Shown here piece by piece: positions 25,275 to 34,728 of a stretch of DNA of 54,577 nucleotides. How positions within the stretch are numbered: the stretch's first letter is position 1; every line of letters starts with the position of its first letter. A program made the position numbers and the translations under genes. The DNA is from Nitrospira japonica (lineage in GTDB: Bacteria; Nitrospirota; Thermodesulfovibrionia; Thermodesulfovibrionales; DYHX01). Under the pieces are notes generated by a model. It was not told the origin of the DNA, made no database searches, and saw nothing but the letters and a program-made list of their open reading frames with translations. The stretch lies in assembly GCA_020723925.1 (NCBI GenBank), contig DYHX01000002.1, forward strand, positions 1-54,577. The letters run 5' to 3'.

Positions 25275-25965
25275 CAGGCGTGCCTATGAATTTATAACCA
25301 ATAGCGTAGATTGTCTTTATGAGAGTTGGATTCTTGGGGTCGTCTTCTATCTTGTGCCTGAGGTTCTTGATATGTGCATCAATCGTCCTGTCATACCCCT
25401 CGAAATTATAGCCCTGGACCATATTCACGAGCTGGAGCCTGCTCAGAACCCTCCCTGGCTTCTCTGCAAGTGCGAGCAGTATCTTGAACTCTGTTGGCGT
25501 GAGCGTTACCATTACATCACCTTTCTTCATCTCATAATTTGCTGCATCCATCTTCAACGCACCATTATTAAAGCTCCGTATCTTCTCGGATTTTCTCGTC
25601 CTTCTCAGATGTGCCTTTACCCTGGCAACAAGCTCTCTGGGGCTGAAGGGCTTCACAACATAGTCATCTGCACCTATGCCCAATCCCCTTATCCTGTCTT
25701 CCTCGCCGCTCTTGGCAGTGAGCATTATTATCGGAACATCAGAGCTTTCCCGGATCAAACTGCAAAGCTCCTCACCCTGCATATCAGGTAGAAGCAGGTC
25801 AAGAATTATGAGGTCAAAGTGCTCTTTCAGGGACTTTATGGCCTTTTCCCCTGTATCTGCAACAACAGTTCTAAAGCCATCCTTTTCAAGATATACCCTG
25901 ACTATATCAGATATCTTCTTTTCGTCTTCAACGACTAATATTGTTCCTCTCTGCCCAGAATCCAT
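25264..25965 (-). CDS. OmpR/PhoB-family response regulator
   Basis: Receiver domain ILVVEDE...LIILDLLLPDM...LTAK, with a winged-helix C-terminus (LTPTEFKILLALA...IKTIYAIGYKF). The ATG at 25965 lies 9 nt after GGAG; the track uses TTG 25980. Confidence 0.9.
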   Translation of the reverse strand: MDSGQRGTILVVEDEKKISDIVRVYLEKDGFRTVVADTGEKAIKSLKEHFDLIILDLLLPDMQGEELCSLIRESSDVPIIMLTAKSGEEDRIRGLGIGADDYVVKPFSPRELVARVKAHLRRTRKSEKIRSFNNGALKMDAANYEMKKGDVMVTLTPTEFKILLALAEKPGRVLSRLQLVNMVQGYNFEGYDRTIDAHIKNLRHKIEDDPKNPTLIKTIYAIGYKFIGTPDEN

Positions 25966-26809
25966 AATATTTTTCTCCAAAGAAGAGAGTTAATACTGTG
26001 AGACCCACGCCCCCTATGACATCTACGACATAATGATACCTACAATAGACCGTAGAAAAAACAAGTGCAATCACAACAGGGAGAAAGAGCCAGAAAAGTT
26101 TTTTCTGAAACCTGTATGCAAGTCCCAGGACCAGAAGGGCAATTCCTGTATGTCCGCTTGGAAATGCATCCCTCTTTATGCCCTCAAGATTATTGAGAAG
26201 GCTCTGGATAGGCTCTGCAACAAGAAAACTCTCCAGTTCCGATGTCTGGAGATGATGCATTGTGTATCTCGGCCCGAGTGCTGGCATGAGTATGTATCCA
26301 AGATAAGAGAGGTAAAAACAGAAGACTATCAGGAACAAAGACCTGTTGAACTCTTCATCCTTACCCTCGAACTTCAATATCACACCAAGAATTATAGGAA
26401 GAAAATAGTATGTAGTGTAAGCTATTTGGAAAATATCTGTAAGCAGCGGACTCATTATCTTTTCGAGCATCACGGTGGGATAGCCTTTGAATATCATATA
26501 GTCGAGCCTGATAAGTAGAGGGTCTATATCCCTCGGGTTAACGTGACGTACAAGCCATTCCATGCTGTCAAAGACAACGAGTATGCATATCATGGGGAAG
26601 ATAAGATCATACACATGACCAACAAACCTCCCTTTATTCTTCACAGCGATTAGTAGAATCTGTGCGAATATTAGTGAGGAGTAGATACCGATGAGCAGAA
26701 AAGCCATTGGAATCCTTTGATTAAATATAACAGTAGTAGTCAAAAGGAACGAGAGGAAGATTACTGTCACAGCATCTGCAGGTCTCAACCTGAGGATTAT
26801 CCTTCCCAT
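25928..26809 (-). CDS. PAP2-family membrane phosphatase
   Basis: PAP2 motifs are KRDAFPSGHT and RYHYVVDVIGG. The protein is polytopic. Confidence 0.8.
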   Translation of the reverse strand: MGRIILRLRPADAVTVIFLSFLLTTTVIFNQRIPMAFLLIGIYSSLIFAQILLIAVKNKGRFVGHVYDLIFPMICILVVFDSMEWLVRHVNPRDIDPLLIRLDYMIFKGYPTVMLEKIMSPLLTDIFQIAYTTYYFLPIILGVILKFEGKDEEFNRSLFLIVFCFYLSYLGYILMPALGPRYTMHHLQTSELESFLVAEPIQSLLNNLEGIKRDAFPSGHTGIALLVLGLAYRFQKKLFWLFLPVVIALVFSTVYCRYHYVVDVIGGVGLTVLTLFFGEKYYGFWAERNNISR

Positions 26810-27300
26810 TAAAGCTTACTCAAAGCCCTCCTTACAGCTTTTCCCTTTCTTGATAGCTTCCTTGGATTGCCCTTTTTCTGTGGTTCATAGTACTCTTCAT
26901 CATAATCCTCATTTCGGCCTTCATTTATTATCTCTTTCCTTTTAAGTATGCAGAGAAAATCCTCTGATGGAATCGGTATTGAGCCGACAGACCATGCATA
27001 TGATGCTATCTCCCTGTCTGATGTAACAACAATCCACTCGCGCTTCTCTTTAGAGATAATCCTCTTTATCAGGACATCTGCCTTTTCTCCGAGCCGTGAA
27101 TAGACTACAGCCACCCCTCCTGTGACAGAGAAAGTTTCCTGCCTGCTTCCACCCTTCCAGCCGTCAAACACAACAGTGATATCATTCCCTTTCGTCTTCC
27201 TGTACTCTATGAGGGAAGCGACAAGTCTCTCCCTCTGGGCTTCAAGGTCTCTGTGGTAAATGCCTATAATGTTATATCCGTCTATGATTATCGAAGAAAT
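26809..27300 (-). CDS. NYN-domain (YacP/Rae1-like) predicted RNase; the N-terminus lies upstream of any canonical start
   Basis: The open frame after stop 27315-27313 reads KRSDISSIIIDGYNIIGIYHRDLEAQRERLVASLIEYRKTKGNDITVVFDGWKGG.... It contains the catalytic IDGYN of NYN/PIN-like domains. The first ATG/GTG/TTG is GTG 27171. ATT at 27300 sits 6 nt after aagagg. Confidence 0.6.
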   Translation of the reverse strand: MSSIIIDGYNIIGIYHRDLEAQRERLVASLIEYRKTKGNDITVVFDGWKGGSRQETFSVTGGVAVVYSRLGEKADVLIKRIISKEKREWIVVTSDREIASYAWSVGSIPIPSEDFLCILKRKEIINEGRNEDYDEEYYEPQKKGNPRKLSRKGKAVRRALSKL

Positions 27301-27421
27301 ATCAGACCTCTTTTATATTTCCTTTGCATTTTTGCACCTCATAATAAAAATATAACATGAATCGGCAGAATAATTGGGAGTTGTCTCGCTTCAGAAATTA
27401 ATTATGACCTAAATTGAGCTT

Positions 27422-27452
27422 GTAGGGGGGCGAGGCGACGCCTCCCCCCTAC
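27422..27452 (-). terminator. GC-rich hairpin downstream of the PilZ gene
   Basis: gtagggggg(cg)aggc-ga-cgcctcccccctac. There is no clear U-run, so the terminator function is tentative. Confidence 0.4.
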
Positions 27453-27463
27453 TTGAGATATGG

Positions 27464-27865
27464 CTATGTTTTTTTGTCAATCAGGTGCTTCTTCTCTTCT
27501 AAATAATCTTCCAAACTCTGCATTTCTTCTTTGGTGTAATGGATGAATTTTATGTGCATGCCCCTTTGATAAGCAGGATTGTTCTGGTTAACCTCTACGA
27601 CCTTGCCTTTAAACTCACCTAAAAGTTTGTCCTCTGGCGGTATGTAAAAATGCATTACTACTGTGGAACCCTTTGGGAGCGGCGAGTCTGTTTTAATAAA
27701 TACCCCGGCCTTACTTATATTTAAGACAAAATCAGGGCAAACCTCTGATACACTGTCACCATATTTGACAGCAAGACAGACCGGAAACCGCACATGCTTT
27801 CGTCTTTCAGCATCTTCTGAATATTCCTCTGCCTCTCCCCCTTTGTCAACAAAAAACTTATCCAT
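27464..27865 (-). CDS. PilZ-domain c-di-GMP binding protein
   Basis: RRKHVRF...(RxxxR) and NISKAGVFIKT (D/NxSxxG) motifs. Confidence 0.8.
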   Translation of the reverse strand: MDKFFVDKGGEAEEYSEDAERRKHVRFPVCLAVKYGDSVSEVCPDFVLNISKAGVFIKTDSPLPKGSTVVMHFYIPPEDKLLGEFKGKVVEVNQNNPAYQRGMHIKFIHYTKEEMQSLEDYLEEKKHLIDKKT

Positions 27866-27898
27866 TTACCTTAACGAGTTTTATCCACTCTTAAACTC

Positions 27899-28717
27899 TT
27901 AACTGCTTTCAAATTTGTAGCCGACGATTGAAATCCCTGCTTCTTCTGCTTCCTTTATCATTCTATCCCTGTCAAGGAGGATACTCTTATCTGCTTCGAC
28001 TGCAATAACTCTTGCGCTGACCTCCAACAGGGACTTTAAGGTCTTAAGGCCGACAACAGGGACATCAAATCTCATATCCTGCGCTGGTTTACTCACCTTC
28101 ACTACAACAGCGCTTTCTCCGGCAAGCCTTCCACCCCTCAGGATGGCCTCATCTGTCCCCTCTATGGCCTCAATCGCCATAACAGCCTGATTCTTTACAA
28201 CAACTGTCTGGCCTATGTCCAATCTCCCTATCTCTTTTGCTATCCTCCACCCAAATGCTATATCCTTCCATTCATCGTCTGTCGGGCCATCTTCCGTGAG
28301 TACCCCTTCAGGGGTAAGAAGGTCAAAGCTGAAAGCTGTTGTATCAAGCAGCGTTATGCCATCCTTTTCGAGTTCATTTGCTACGGCAAGTAGTATTGAA
28401 TCATCGCTCCTGTCTTTCAGGGAAAATAGGAGCTTTACAGCCCGCCAATCAGGGGTAATCTTGCTCTTATAAAGCAATGACTTCGGAACCTTTCCAGCCA
28501 TAACAGCTTCTTTCACATCAAACTTTTTTAGAGAATCCATAATCTCACCGAGCTTACCGACATTAATCCATTCTATTTCATCAACATACCTTGAAAGGGA
28601 GCTATCAGCAAGGGGTTCAAGGGCAATTGCCACAACCCTGTATCCCTTTGCTCTCGCCTCAATGGCAATAGCCTTGGGAAGCTCTCCCATCCCTGAGATT
28701 AAGCCAAGAGTCTTCAT
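27899..28717 (-). CDS. lpxI: UDP-2,3-diacylglucosamine diphosphatase LpxI (DUF1009)
   Basis: MKTLGLISGMGELPKAIA..., DIGQTVVVKNQAVMAIEAIEGTDEAI. It sits in the lpxA-fabZ-lpxD cluster. Confidence 0.8.
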   Translation of the reverse strand: MKTLGLISGMGELPKAIAIEARAKGYRVVAIALEPLADSSLSRYVDEIEWINVGKLGEIMDSLKKFDVKEAVMAGKVPKSLLYKSKITPDWRAVKLLFSLKDRSDDSILLAVANELEKDGITLLDTTAFSFDLLTPEGVLTEDGPTDDEWKDIAFGWRIAKEIGRLDIGQTVVVKNQAVMAIEAIEGTDEAILRGGRLAGESAVVVKVSKPAQDMRFDVPVVGLKTLKSLLEVSARVIAVEADKSILLDRDRMIKEAEEAGISIVGYKFESS

Positions 28718-28742
28718 CCCAAACCCCGCTTACAAACATTGG

Positions 28743-29522
28743 TCACCTGCACATTCCCCTTTTGTTCTTCTCAATGAACTCGAGGAGATGCCTTATCTCG
28801 TCTGTGTATGGCAATTCCTCCTGCACCTTTTTAAGTGCATCCTTTAGTGTTCGCTTTTCCCTGAATAGTATCTTGTATGCCTTCTTGATCGCATTGATAG
28901 TTGAATCGGAGAATCCATGTCTCTTCAACCCCACAGTATTTAGACCAAAGAGCTTTGCCCTTGCGCCGGACGCTATTGTGTATGGAGGTATGTCCTGACC
29001 TATGCCGCTGAAGCCGCCGACCATCGCGTATGCACCGATCCTTGTGAACTGGTGCACTGCAACGAGCCCCCCTATTACAGCGTAGTCTTCCACAGTCACA
29101 TGGCCTGCAAGGGTTGCAGCGTTTGCCATTATCACAGAGTTGCCGATTTTGCAGTCGTGTGCTATATGGACATACGCCATTAAAAAGTTTTTGTCTCCGA
29201 TCTCGGTTAATCCGTCTCCACTAACAGATGCCCTGTGGATGGTTGTGTATTCCCTTATTATGTTGCTGCTCCCTATCTTTACCCCTGTCCTCTCCCCTTT
29301 GTATTTGAGGTCCTGAGGTGGAAGTCCAATACTGGCGAATGGATATATTGTGCAGTCCTCTCCGATCTCTGTATTGCCTTCTATCACTACATTCGACATG
29401 AGCTTTGTACCCTTTCTCAGGCACACGTCTTCCCCGACGATGCAGAAGGGGCCTATTGATACGCCTTCGTCGATAGCTGCTTTTGGGTCTATGATTACTG
29501 TTGGATGTATTTCTGTTGCCAT
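28743..29522 (-). CDS. lpxA: Acyl-ACP--UDP-N-acetylglucosamine O-acyltransferase
   Basis: Hexapeptide-repeat left-handed helix plus a C-terminal helical domain (GLNTVGLKRHGFS...I..AYKILF); 259 aa. Confidence 0.9.
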   Translation of the reverse strand: MATEIHPTVIIDPKAAIDEGVSIGPFCIVGEDVCLRKGTKLMSNVVIEGNTEIGEDCTIYPFASIGLPPQDLKYKGERTGVKIGSSNIIREYTTIHRASVSGDGLTEIGDKNFLMAYVHIAHDCKIGNSVIMANAATLAGHVTVEDYAVIGGLVAVHQFTRIGAYAMVGGFSGIGQDIPPYTIASGARAKLFGLNTVGLKRHGFSDSTINAIKKAYKILFREKRTLKDALKKVQEELPYTDEIRHLLEFIEKNKRGMCR

Positions 29523-29525
29523 TAC

Positions 29526-29957
29526 CTATATCTCCCTGTCAGTTACCATGGCTGTAAATTCTGCCTCTGAGACAAGTTTTTCATCGACAAATGCATTTCC
29601 AGAAAATCTCCAGACATTGCCTCTCTGCTGTAATACTTTTATTTCGAATTTTATCTGGTCCCCTGGAATAACAGGTTTCCTGAATTTGGCCTTTTCTATG
29701 CTCATAAAATATACTGCTCTGCCTTGAACCCCAGAACGGAATGCCATTACGGCTGCTACCTGTGCCATAGCCTCGACAATCAATACGCCTGGCATTATTG
29801 GGTTGCCAGGGAAATGTCCCAGGAAGAATGGCTCATTAACAGTCACATTTTTTATGCCGATTGCCTTTATACCGGGTTCTATCTCGAGAATCCTGTCAAC
29901 TAAAAGGAAAGGATATCTGTGTGGGAGTATGCCCTGTATCTCTCTGATATCTATCAT
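29526..29957 (-). CDS. fabZ: 3-hydroxyacyl-ACP dehydratase FabZ
   Basis: LPHRYPFLLVDRI...FFLGHFPGNPIMPGVLIVEAMAQV. Confidence 0.95.
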   Translation of the reverse strand: MIDIREIQGILPHRYPFLLVDRILEIEPGIKAIGIKNVTVNEPFFLGHFPGNPIMPGVLIVEAMAQVAAVMAFRSGVQGRAVYFMSIEKAKFRKPVIPGDQIKFEIKVLQQRGNVWRFSGNAFVDEKLVSEAEFTAMVTDREI

Positions 29958-30976
29958 TCCTTTTGCCTCCTTTCAATGTCTTTTATCTTTTCTTCAAGTT
30001 CTCTTATTTTTTTGTTCAGCTCAGGGAGCTTTGCGAATATGGCCTGGGCCTTCAGCCAGCCCCTGTGTGGGATGGCAGGGACACCAGAGTAGGCGCCCCT
30101 GGTCAGATGTCCCATTATCCCTGATTTGGCGCCTATGATACAACCGGAATCTATCTTCACATGGTCAGCAATGCCAACCTGTCCAGCTATTGTAACAAAG
30201 TTTCCTATCTCTGTGCTTCCACCAATACCAACCTGTGCAACAACTATGGAATTTTCACCTATTCTTACGTTATGGCCTATCTGAACCATGTTGTCTATCT
30301 TTGTGCCGCTGCCTATTATGGTGTTGCCTGTTGTTGCCCTGTCGATAGTAACATTTGCGCCTATCTCAACATCGTCTCCTATCGTGACACCACCAACCTG
30401 AGGTATTTTGTGATGCCTGCCCCCTTCAAACACATAACCAAATCCATCTGAGCCTATAACAGAGCCGGCATGTATTATAACCCGGTTGCCGATTTTCACC
30501 CTTTCTCTAATCGTGACATTCGGATATAAAATGCACTCATCACCTATGGATGTCTCCTCACCGATGAATACCCATGGATAAATCACTGTCCCATCGCCTA
30601 TCGATGCGCCTTCTGAGATGTAAGCCATAGGATAGATAGAGACATCTTTACCTATTCGTGCCTTATCAGAAACAAATGCCCGCTCGCTTATTCCGGCTGG
30701 TTTAATGGGTTTTATGTAGAAATGTTCGAGAAGCCGTGCAAAGGCATAGTAAGGGTTTGAGACCTTAATCTGCGCCTTTCTTATCTCTGGTATCTCTTCT
30801 TTGACAATTACGCACGATGCCCTGCTCTCCGAACATTCTCGTATAAGTTTCGGGTTTGATAGGAATGTTATATCACCCTCTGATGCCTCTGATATCCCGG
30901 CAACACCCTTTATCTCCATCTCGGCGTCGCCTATTATTTCTCCACCGAGCATCAATGCAAGTTCTCTGAGTTTCAT
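29954..30976 (-). CDS. lpxD: UDP-3-O-acylglucosamine N-acyltransferase
   Basis: The N-terminal domain MKLRELALMLGGEIIGD is followed by long hexapeptide repeats and a C-terminal helix. The ATG at 30976 is preferred over the track start at 31003. Confidence 0.9.
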   Translation of the reverse strand: MKLRELALMLGGEIIGDAEMEIKGVAGISEASEGDITFLSNPKLIRECSESRASCVIVKEEIPEIRKAQIKVSNPYYAFARLLEHFYIKPIKPAGISERAFVSDKARIGKDVSIYPMAYISEGASIGDGTVIYPWVFIGEETSIGDECILYPNVTIRERVKIGNRVIIHAGSVIGSDGFGYVFEGGRHHKIPQVGGVTIGDDVEIGANVTIDRATTGNTIIGSGTKIDNMVQIGHNVRIGENSIVVAQVGIGGSTEIGNFVTIAGQVGIADHVKIDSGCIIGAKSGIMGHLTRGAYSGVPAIPHRGWLKAQAIFAKLPELNKKIRELEEKIKDIERRQKE

Positions 30977-31220
30977 AGTGCGTAATAGAAATTCAAAAAA
31001 CAAAAATCAAGAGTCAGGCATGGCAGGTGAAAAATTTTTAGTTCGACACCTTGAAATCCTACCTGTAAAGATAAACCGTATGCATCTCAAAAACCATTGA
31101 TAAAACAATGAGATAAATGTATCCATTTCTGATAATCTGTCGATTCTAAAAATTATGAACCCTGCCTTGCCTGCCTTCTATGTCTATTTTTCGGCCCTAA
31201 CTTTGGATCTTTGATAGTGA

Positions 31221-31754
31221 TCATTTCTTCGGCTTGGCCTTTAACTCGTTGTAATTCTTTATCACCATGTCGGTAATATCAAGCTCTTTCTTTGAATAGA
31301 GTATGAGGCCCTCTGCGGTTTCCAGTATAAGCGTATAGCCTTCTTCCTGGCCGATTTTATTGATTATCTCCCTCACGTCTCTAATGATTGCACCTGTGAG
31401 CTCGCCCTCTTTCTTCTTAACCTCAGCCTGAGCATCAGCCACAAGTCTCTGATAATCTCTCAACAGTCTCTCCATTTCTTCTTCCCTGGCCTTTTTTGCC
31501 TCGGCAGAAAGCACAGATGCCTGTTTCTCAATCTCCCCCTTGAGTTTCTCGATAGCCTTTCTCTTCTCATCTACTATTGTCTCCTTCGACTTTATTAGAG
31601 ATTCAAGGTCGCTCTTTGCCTTTTTGCCTGCCTCTGATTCATTGAGTGCACGCTGCAGGTCGATAAGACCTATTTTTGGAGCATCTGCTGCAAGGGCATT
31701 AGATGCAGCGATTAACAAGACTACGGATAACAGCAACAGAAATATTTTCTTCAT
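31221..31754 (-). CDS. skp: OmpH/Skp periplasmic chaperone
   Basis: A signal peptide is followed by a Lys/Glu-rich coiled coil. The gene sits between bamA and lpxD. Confidence 0.85.
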   Translation of the reverse strand: MKKIFLLLLSVVLLIAASNALAADAPKIGLIDLQRALNESEAGKKAKSDLESLIKSKETIVDEKRKAIEKLKGEIEKQASVLSAEAKKAREEEMERLLRDYQRLVADAQAEVKKKEGELTGAIIRDVREIINKIGQEEGYTLILETAEGLILYSKKELDITDMVIKNYNELKAKPKK

Positions 31755-31820
31755 CTCTCCTCCTTATTTTAGCCTGAATTTGTTTATATCTTATCAAAGT
31801 TTATGAATAATCTGGGTTAG

Positions 31821-31875
31821 CTTATTGAAGATTCCCTGCAGCAAGCTGCAGGGAATACACTCGCTCTCCATTTAA
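31821..31875 (+). repeat. 55-nt hairpin element, copy 2 (partner of 441-495), overlapping the bamA stop codon
   Basis: cttattgaagattccctgcagcaagctgcagggaatacactcgctctccatttaa is 51/55 identical to the reverse complement of 441-495. Two of the four differences (positions 17 and 30) are a paired stem substitution: T-A here, C-G there. Confidence 0.85.
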
Positions 31876-34121
31876 AAGAAGGTTCCAAAGGTGAACTCCC
31901 ACCTGCTCTTGCTTTCTCCTGGTTTTCTATCAAGATTATACCCCCATTCTATCCTTATCGGCCCTATTGGCGAAATCCATCTGAATCCGAGGCCTGAAGT
32001 ATAACGCAGGTCCCCCATGGACTCATGGGCATCATATGCCTTTCCTGCATCGAAAAAGACAACACCTTTGAGCCTGAGGTCTTTTACTACAGGGAATATA
32101 TACTCTGTGTTGAAGATGAGTTCTTTTGTGCCTCCCATAACATCACCATTTTCATCCCTCGGCCCTGCCTCGCCAAAACCAAGTCCCCTGATGGTGTAAA
32201 TGCCTCCGACATAAAACCTCTCATAGAGGGGAAGTGGTTTTCCAAACACACCTGTTGCATAACCGATGCGGCCCCTCAGGGAGACGGTTGTCTCACCAAT
32301 AGGGAAAAACCATGCCGAGTCAGCAATGCCTTTCAAGAATGCATTGCTTCCGCCCAGGCCTGCAAAGGTGAGGTGGAGAGCATTCCTTGAACCCCTTGTC
32401 GGGTCAAGGTAGCTGTCCCTTGAGTCCCTGACAACCGAGGGGGTTATGCTGCTTGTCGTCTTTGTGCCGGCCTGGTCCTTTACCCTAGATGAGGCATCTG
32501 AAGCTATATTGTAGATTGTGGCCTCTTCAAAGTTATATGATATATTCCCTCTCAGGTATTCATTGAAACTTTTACCGAATGAGACCTCAAAACCGATTGC
32601 CTTCCTGTCATACTCTATGTATTTTCTTGTTGTCCTATATATGCTGGTACCAAAAGAAACTGGTTTGTCCATAAACCATGGGTCCCTGAATGAAAGTTCA
32701 TAGAATGTACTTCTTCCGCCGAGTTCGCCCTTCAGTTTTATATACTGGCCTTTTCCAAAAAGGTTGCCCTGTGTTAGGTCAACCATGCCTATAAATTTAT
32801 CCACAGAGCTGTAACCACCACCTACACTGAGGAACCCTGTTGGCCTCTCCTTCACTTTGACATCAATGTCTACGAGTTTCTCTTCAGGCTTTGGTTTTGG
32901 CTGCATATCGACCGATTCGAAGAAGTTCAGATTATTAACCCTCTCATAACTCCTCCTGAGGAGGGCACTGTTGAATAAGTCGCCCTCATCAAGACGTATC
33001 TCTCTTCTTATAACCTTGTCCCTTGTCTTGACATTGCCTGAGACCCCTATCCTCCCTATCCTGTAAACATCCCCTTCCTCAACCCTGAAGGATACCCTGA
33101 CCTGTTTTGTGCTCTCATCAGGCACCAGGTCAGGATATACCGTCACCAGTGCATAACCTTTTTCTGAATATGTCTCAGTCAGGGCTGCAATATCCTGCCT
33201 CAGGATTTCCCTGCTGAATACATTGTCAGGAGAAGATCTGATCTTCTTTCTTAATTCAGCCTCCGGGAACGCTTTATTCCCTGTAACCTCTATGGATGAG
33301 ATTTTGTATCTGTCTCCTTCAGATATCTGAATTGTTATTATCATTCCTTTTTTATCATCTGTTAGCTGGATTTTTGGGTCTGCAACAGCAACCTTTATAT
33401 GCCCATTGTTAAAATACAGGTCCCTTATCTTCTCGATGTCAGTATCCATTGTGTCTTTCTTGTAATAGCCTGAAGATGTGACAAATGAAAATAGCCACCA
33501 TTCGCGGGTTTCCATCACCTTCTTTATCTTGCCTGTTGAGATCGCCCTGTTGCCTTCAATCCTTATGGCCTTTATCTTTACCTTCGGTCCCTCCTCTATC
33601 TGATATGTCAGGGAAACCTCATCATCGCTTATCTTTTTCACAACCGGCACAACCTTTGCCAGCCAGTACCCCTCCTCTTCGTAGAGGGCACGCAGCCTGT
33701 CGGCATTATCCTGAATAAGGAGGGTGTCCGATATTGAGCCAGGTGTTATTGTTAGCTTTTCCTTTAATCTTGAATCATCTATCTCTTTATTTCCCTGGAA
33801 ATCCACCCTCACAATGGTAGGCTTTTCCTTGACGATATAGATTAATTTCAGTCCACCCTCAAATGGTTCTATCTCAACCTTCACGTCGTCAAAATAACCC
33901 ATCTTGTAGATGTTCTTGATATCGTCCGCAGTCTTCTCGCTTGAGAGGGGTTCGCCGGTTCTCTGCGTAATTTTTGATTTCACAGCGCCTTCTTCGATTC
34001 TCTTGAGTCCTTTCACCTCTATAGAGTTCACAAGAGGGAGTTCCTGGGCTATAACACTTCCTGTCTCTGCAATAAAGACGGCAAAGATAACAACAAGGAT
34101 GAAGGATAAAGGATGCCTCAC
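31872..34121 (-). CDS. bamA: Outer membrane protein assembly factor BamA
   Basis: 749 aa: a signal peptide, five POTRA-like repeats and a C-terminal barrel ending ...RWEFTFGTFF. The GTG start lies 8 nt after gggagg. Confidence 0.9.
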   Translation of the reverse strand: MRHPLSFILVVIFAVFIAETGSVIAQELPLVNSIEVKGLKRIEEGAVKSKITQRTGEPLSSEKTADDIKNIYKMGYFDDVKVEIEPFEGGLKLIYIVKEKPTIVRVDFQGNKEIDDSRLKEKLTITPGSISDTLLIQDNADRLRALYEEEGYWLAKVVPVVKKISDDEVSLTYQIEEGPKVKIKAIRIEGNRAISTGKIKKVMETREWWLFSFVTSSGYYKKDTMDTDIEKIRDLYFNNGHIKVAVADPKIQLTDDKKGMIITIQISEGDRYKISSIEVTGNKAFPEAELRKKIRSSPDNVFSREILRQDIAALTETYSEKGYALVTVYPDLVPDESTKQVRVSFRVEEGDVYRIGRIGVSGNVKTRDKVIRREIRLDEGDLFNSALLRRSYERVNNLNFFESVDMQPKPKPEEKLVDIDVKVKERPTGFLSVGGGYSSVDKFIGMVDLTQGNLFGKGQYIKLKGELGGRSTFYELSFRDPWFMDKPVSFGTSIYRTTRKYIEYDRKAIGFEVSFGKSFNEYLRGNISYNFEEATIYNIASDASSRVKDQAGTKTTSSITPSVVRDSRDSYLDPTRGSRNALHLTFAGLGGSNAFLKGIADSAWFFPIGETTVSLRGRIGYATGVFGKPLPLYERFYVGGIYTIRGLGFGEAGPRDENGDVMGGTKELIFNTEYIFPVVKDLRLKGVVFFDAGKAYDAHESMGDLRYTSGLGFRWISPIGPIRIEWGYNLDRKPGESKSRWEFTFGTFF

Positions 34122-34292
34122 TATTCATGCCTCCCAAAAATAAAATTCAGCACGTTAGTATAGCCCTCTGCAGGTGGCTGTGTAAATAGAAAAATCAATT
34201 CCTCTGAAATAGACATAGGGCAGGCGTTTTCATAATTTTTATAATCGACAGATTATTGAATTTCTGTGCCCTTTGGTTTATGATTAGCTCTA

Positions 34293-34715
34293 TTGAAGAA
34301 AATATACACCCTTGGAACAGACAGGAGGAGCGAAGAAGACTTTATAGAGATACTCCTTGCTTATAACCTCAGGGCATTGATTGATGTCAGGCGATTTCCA
34401 AGGAGCAAGATTCAGACCTTTACGAGGAGCACCCTTGAGACCATCCTTAAGAGAGAAGGAATAGAATATCATTTCCTTGGAGACGAACTTGGAGGATTCA
34501 GGAAGGGTGGTTATACTGCGTACGCCCTTACAGGGGATTTTGCGAAGGGTATCGAAATGCTTGAGTCCATTGCAGCGGATAAACTTTCTGTAATTATATG
34601 CGCCGAGAGGTTCCCATGGAAATGTCATAGAAAGTGGATTGCAAAAGAGCTTCACAAAAGGGAATGGGAAGTGGAGCATATAATTGATAAAGGAAAAGTT
34701 TGGGTGCCAAAGTAA
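34293..34715 (+). CDS. DUF488-family protein
   Basis: (M)KKIYTLGTDRRSEEDFIEILLAYNLRALIDVRRFPRS... and the C-terminal CAERFPWKCHRKWIA match my memory of the DUF488 pattern. The start is TTG. Confidence 0.65.
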   Translation: MKKIYTLGTDRRSEEDFIEILLAYNLRALIDVRRFPRSKIQTFTRSTLETILKREGIEYHFLGDELGGFRKGGYTAYALTGDFAKGIEMLESIAADKLSVIICAERFPWKCHRKWIAKELHKREWEVEHIIDKGKVWVPK

Positions 34716-34728
34716 AGAAAGATTCTAA

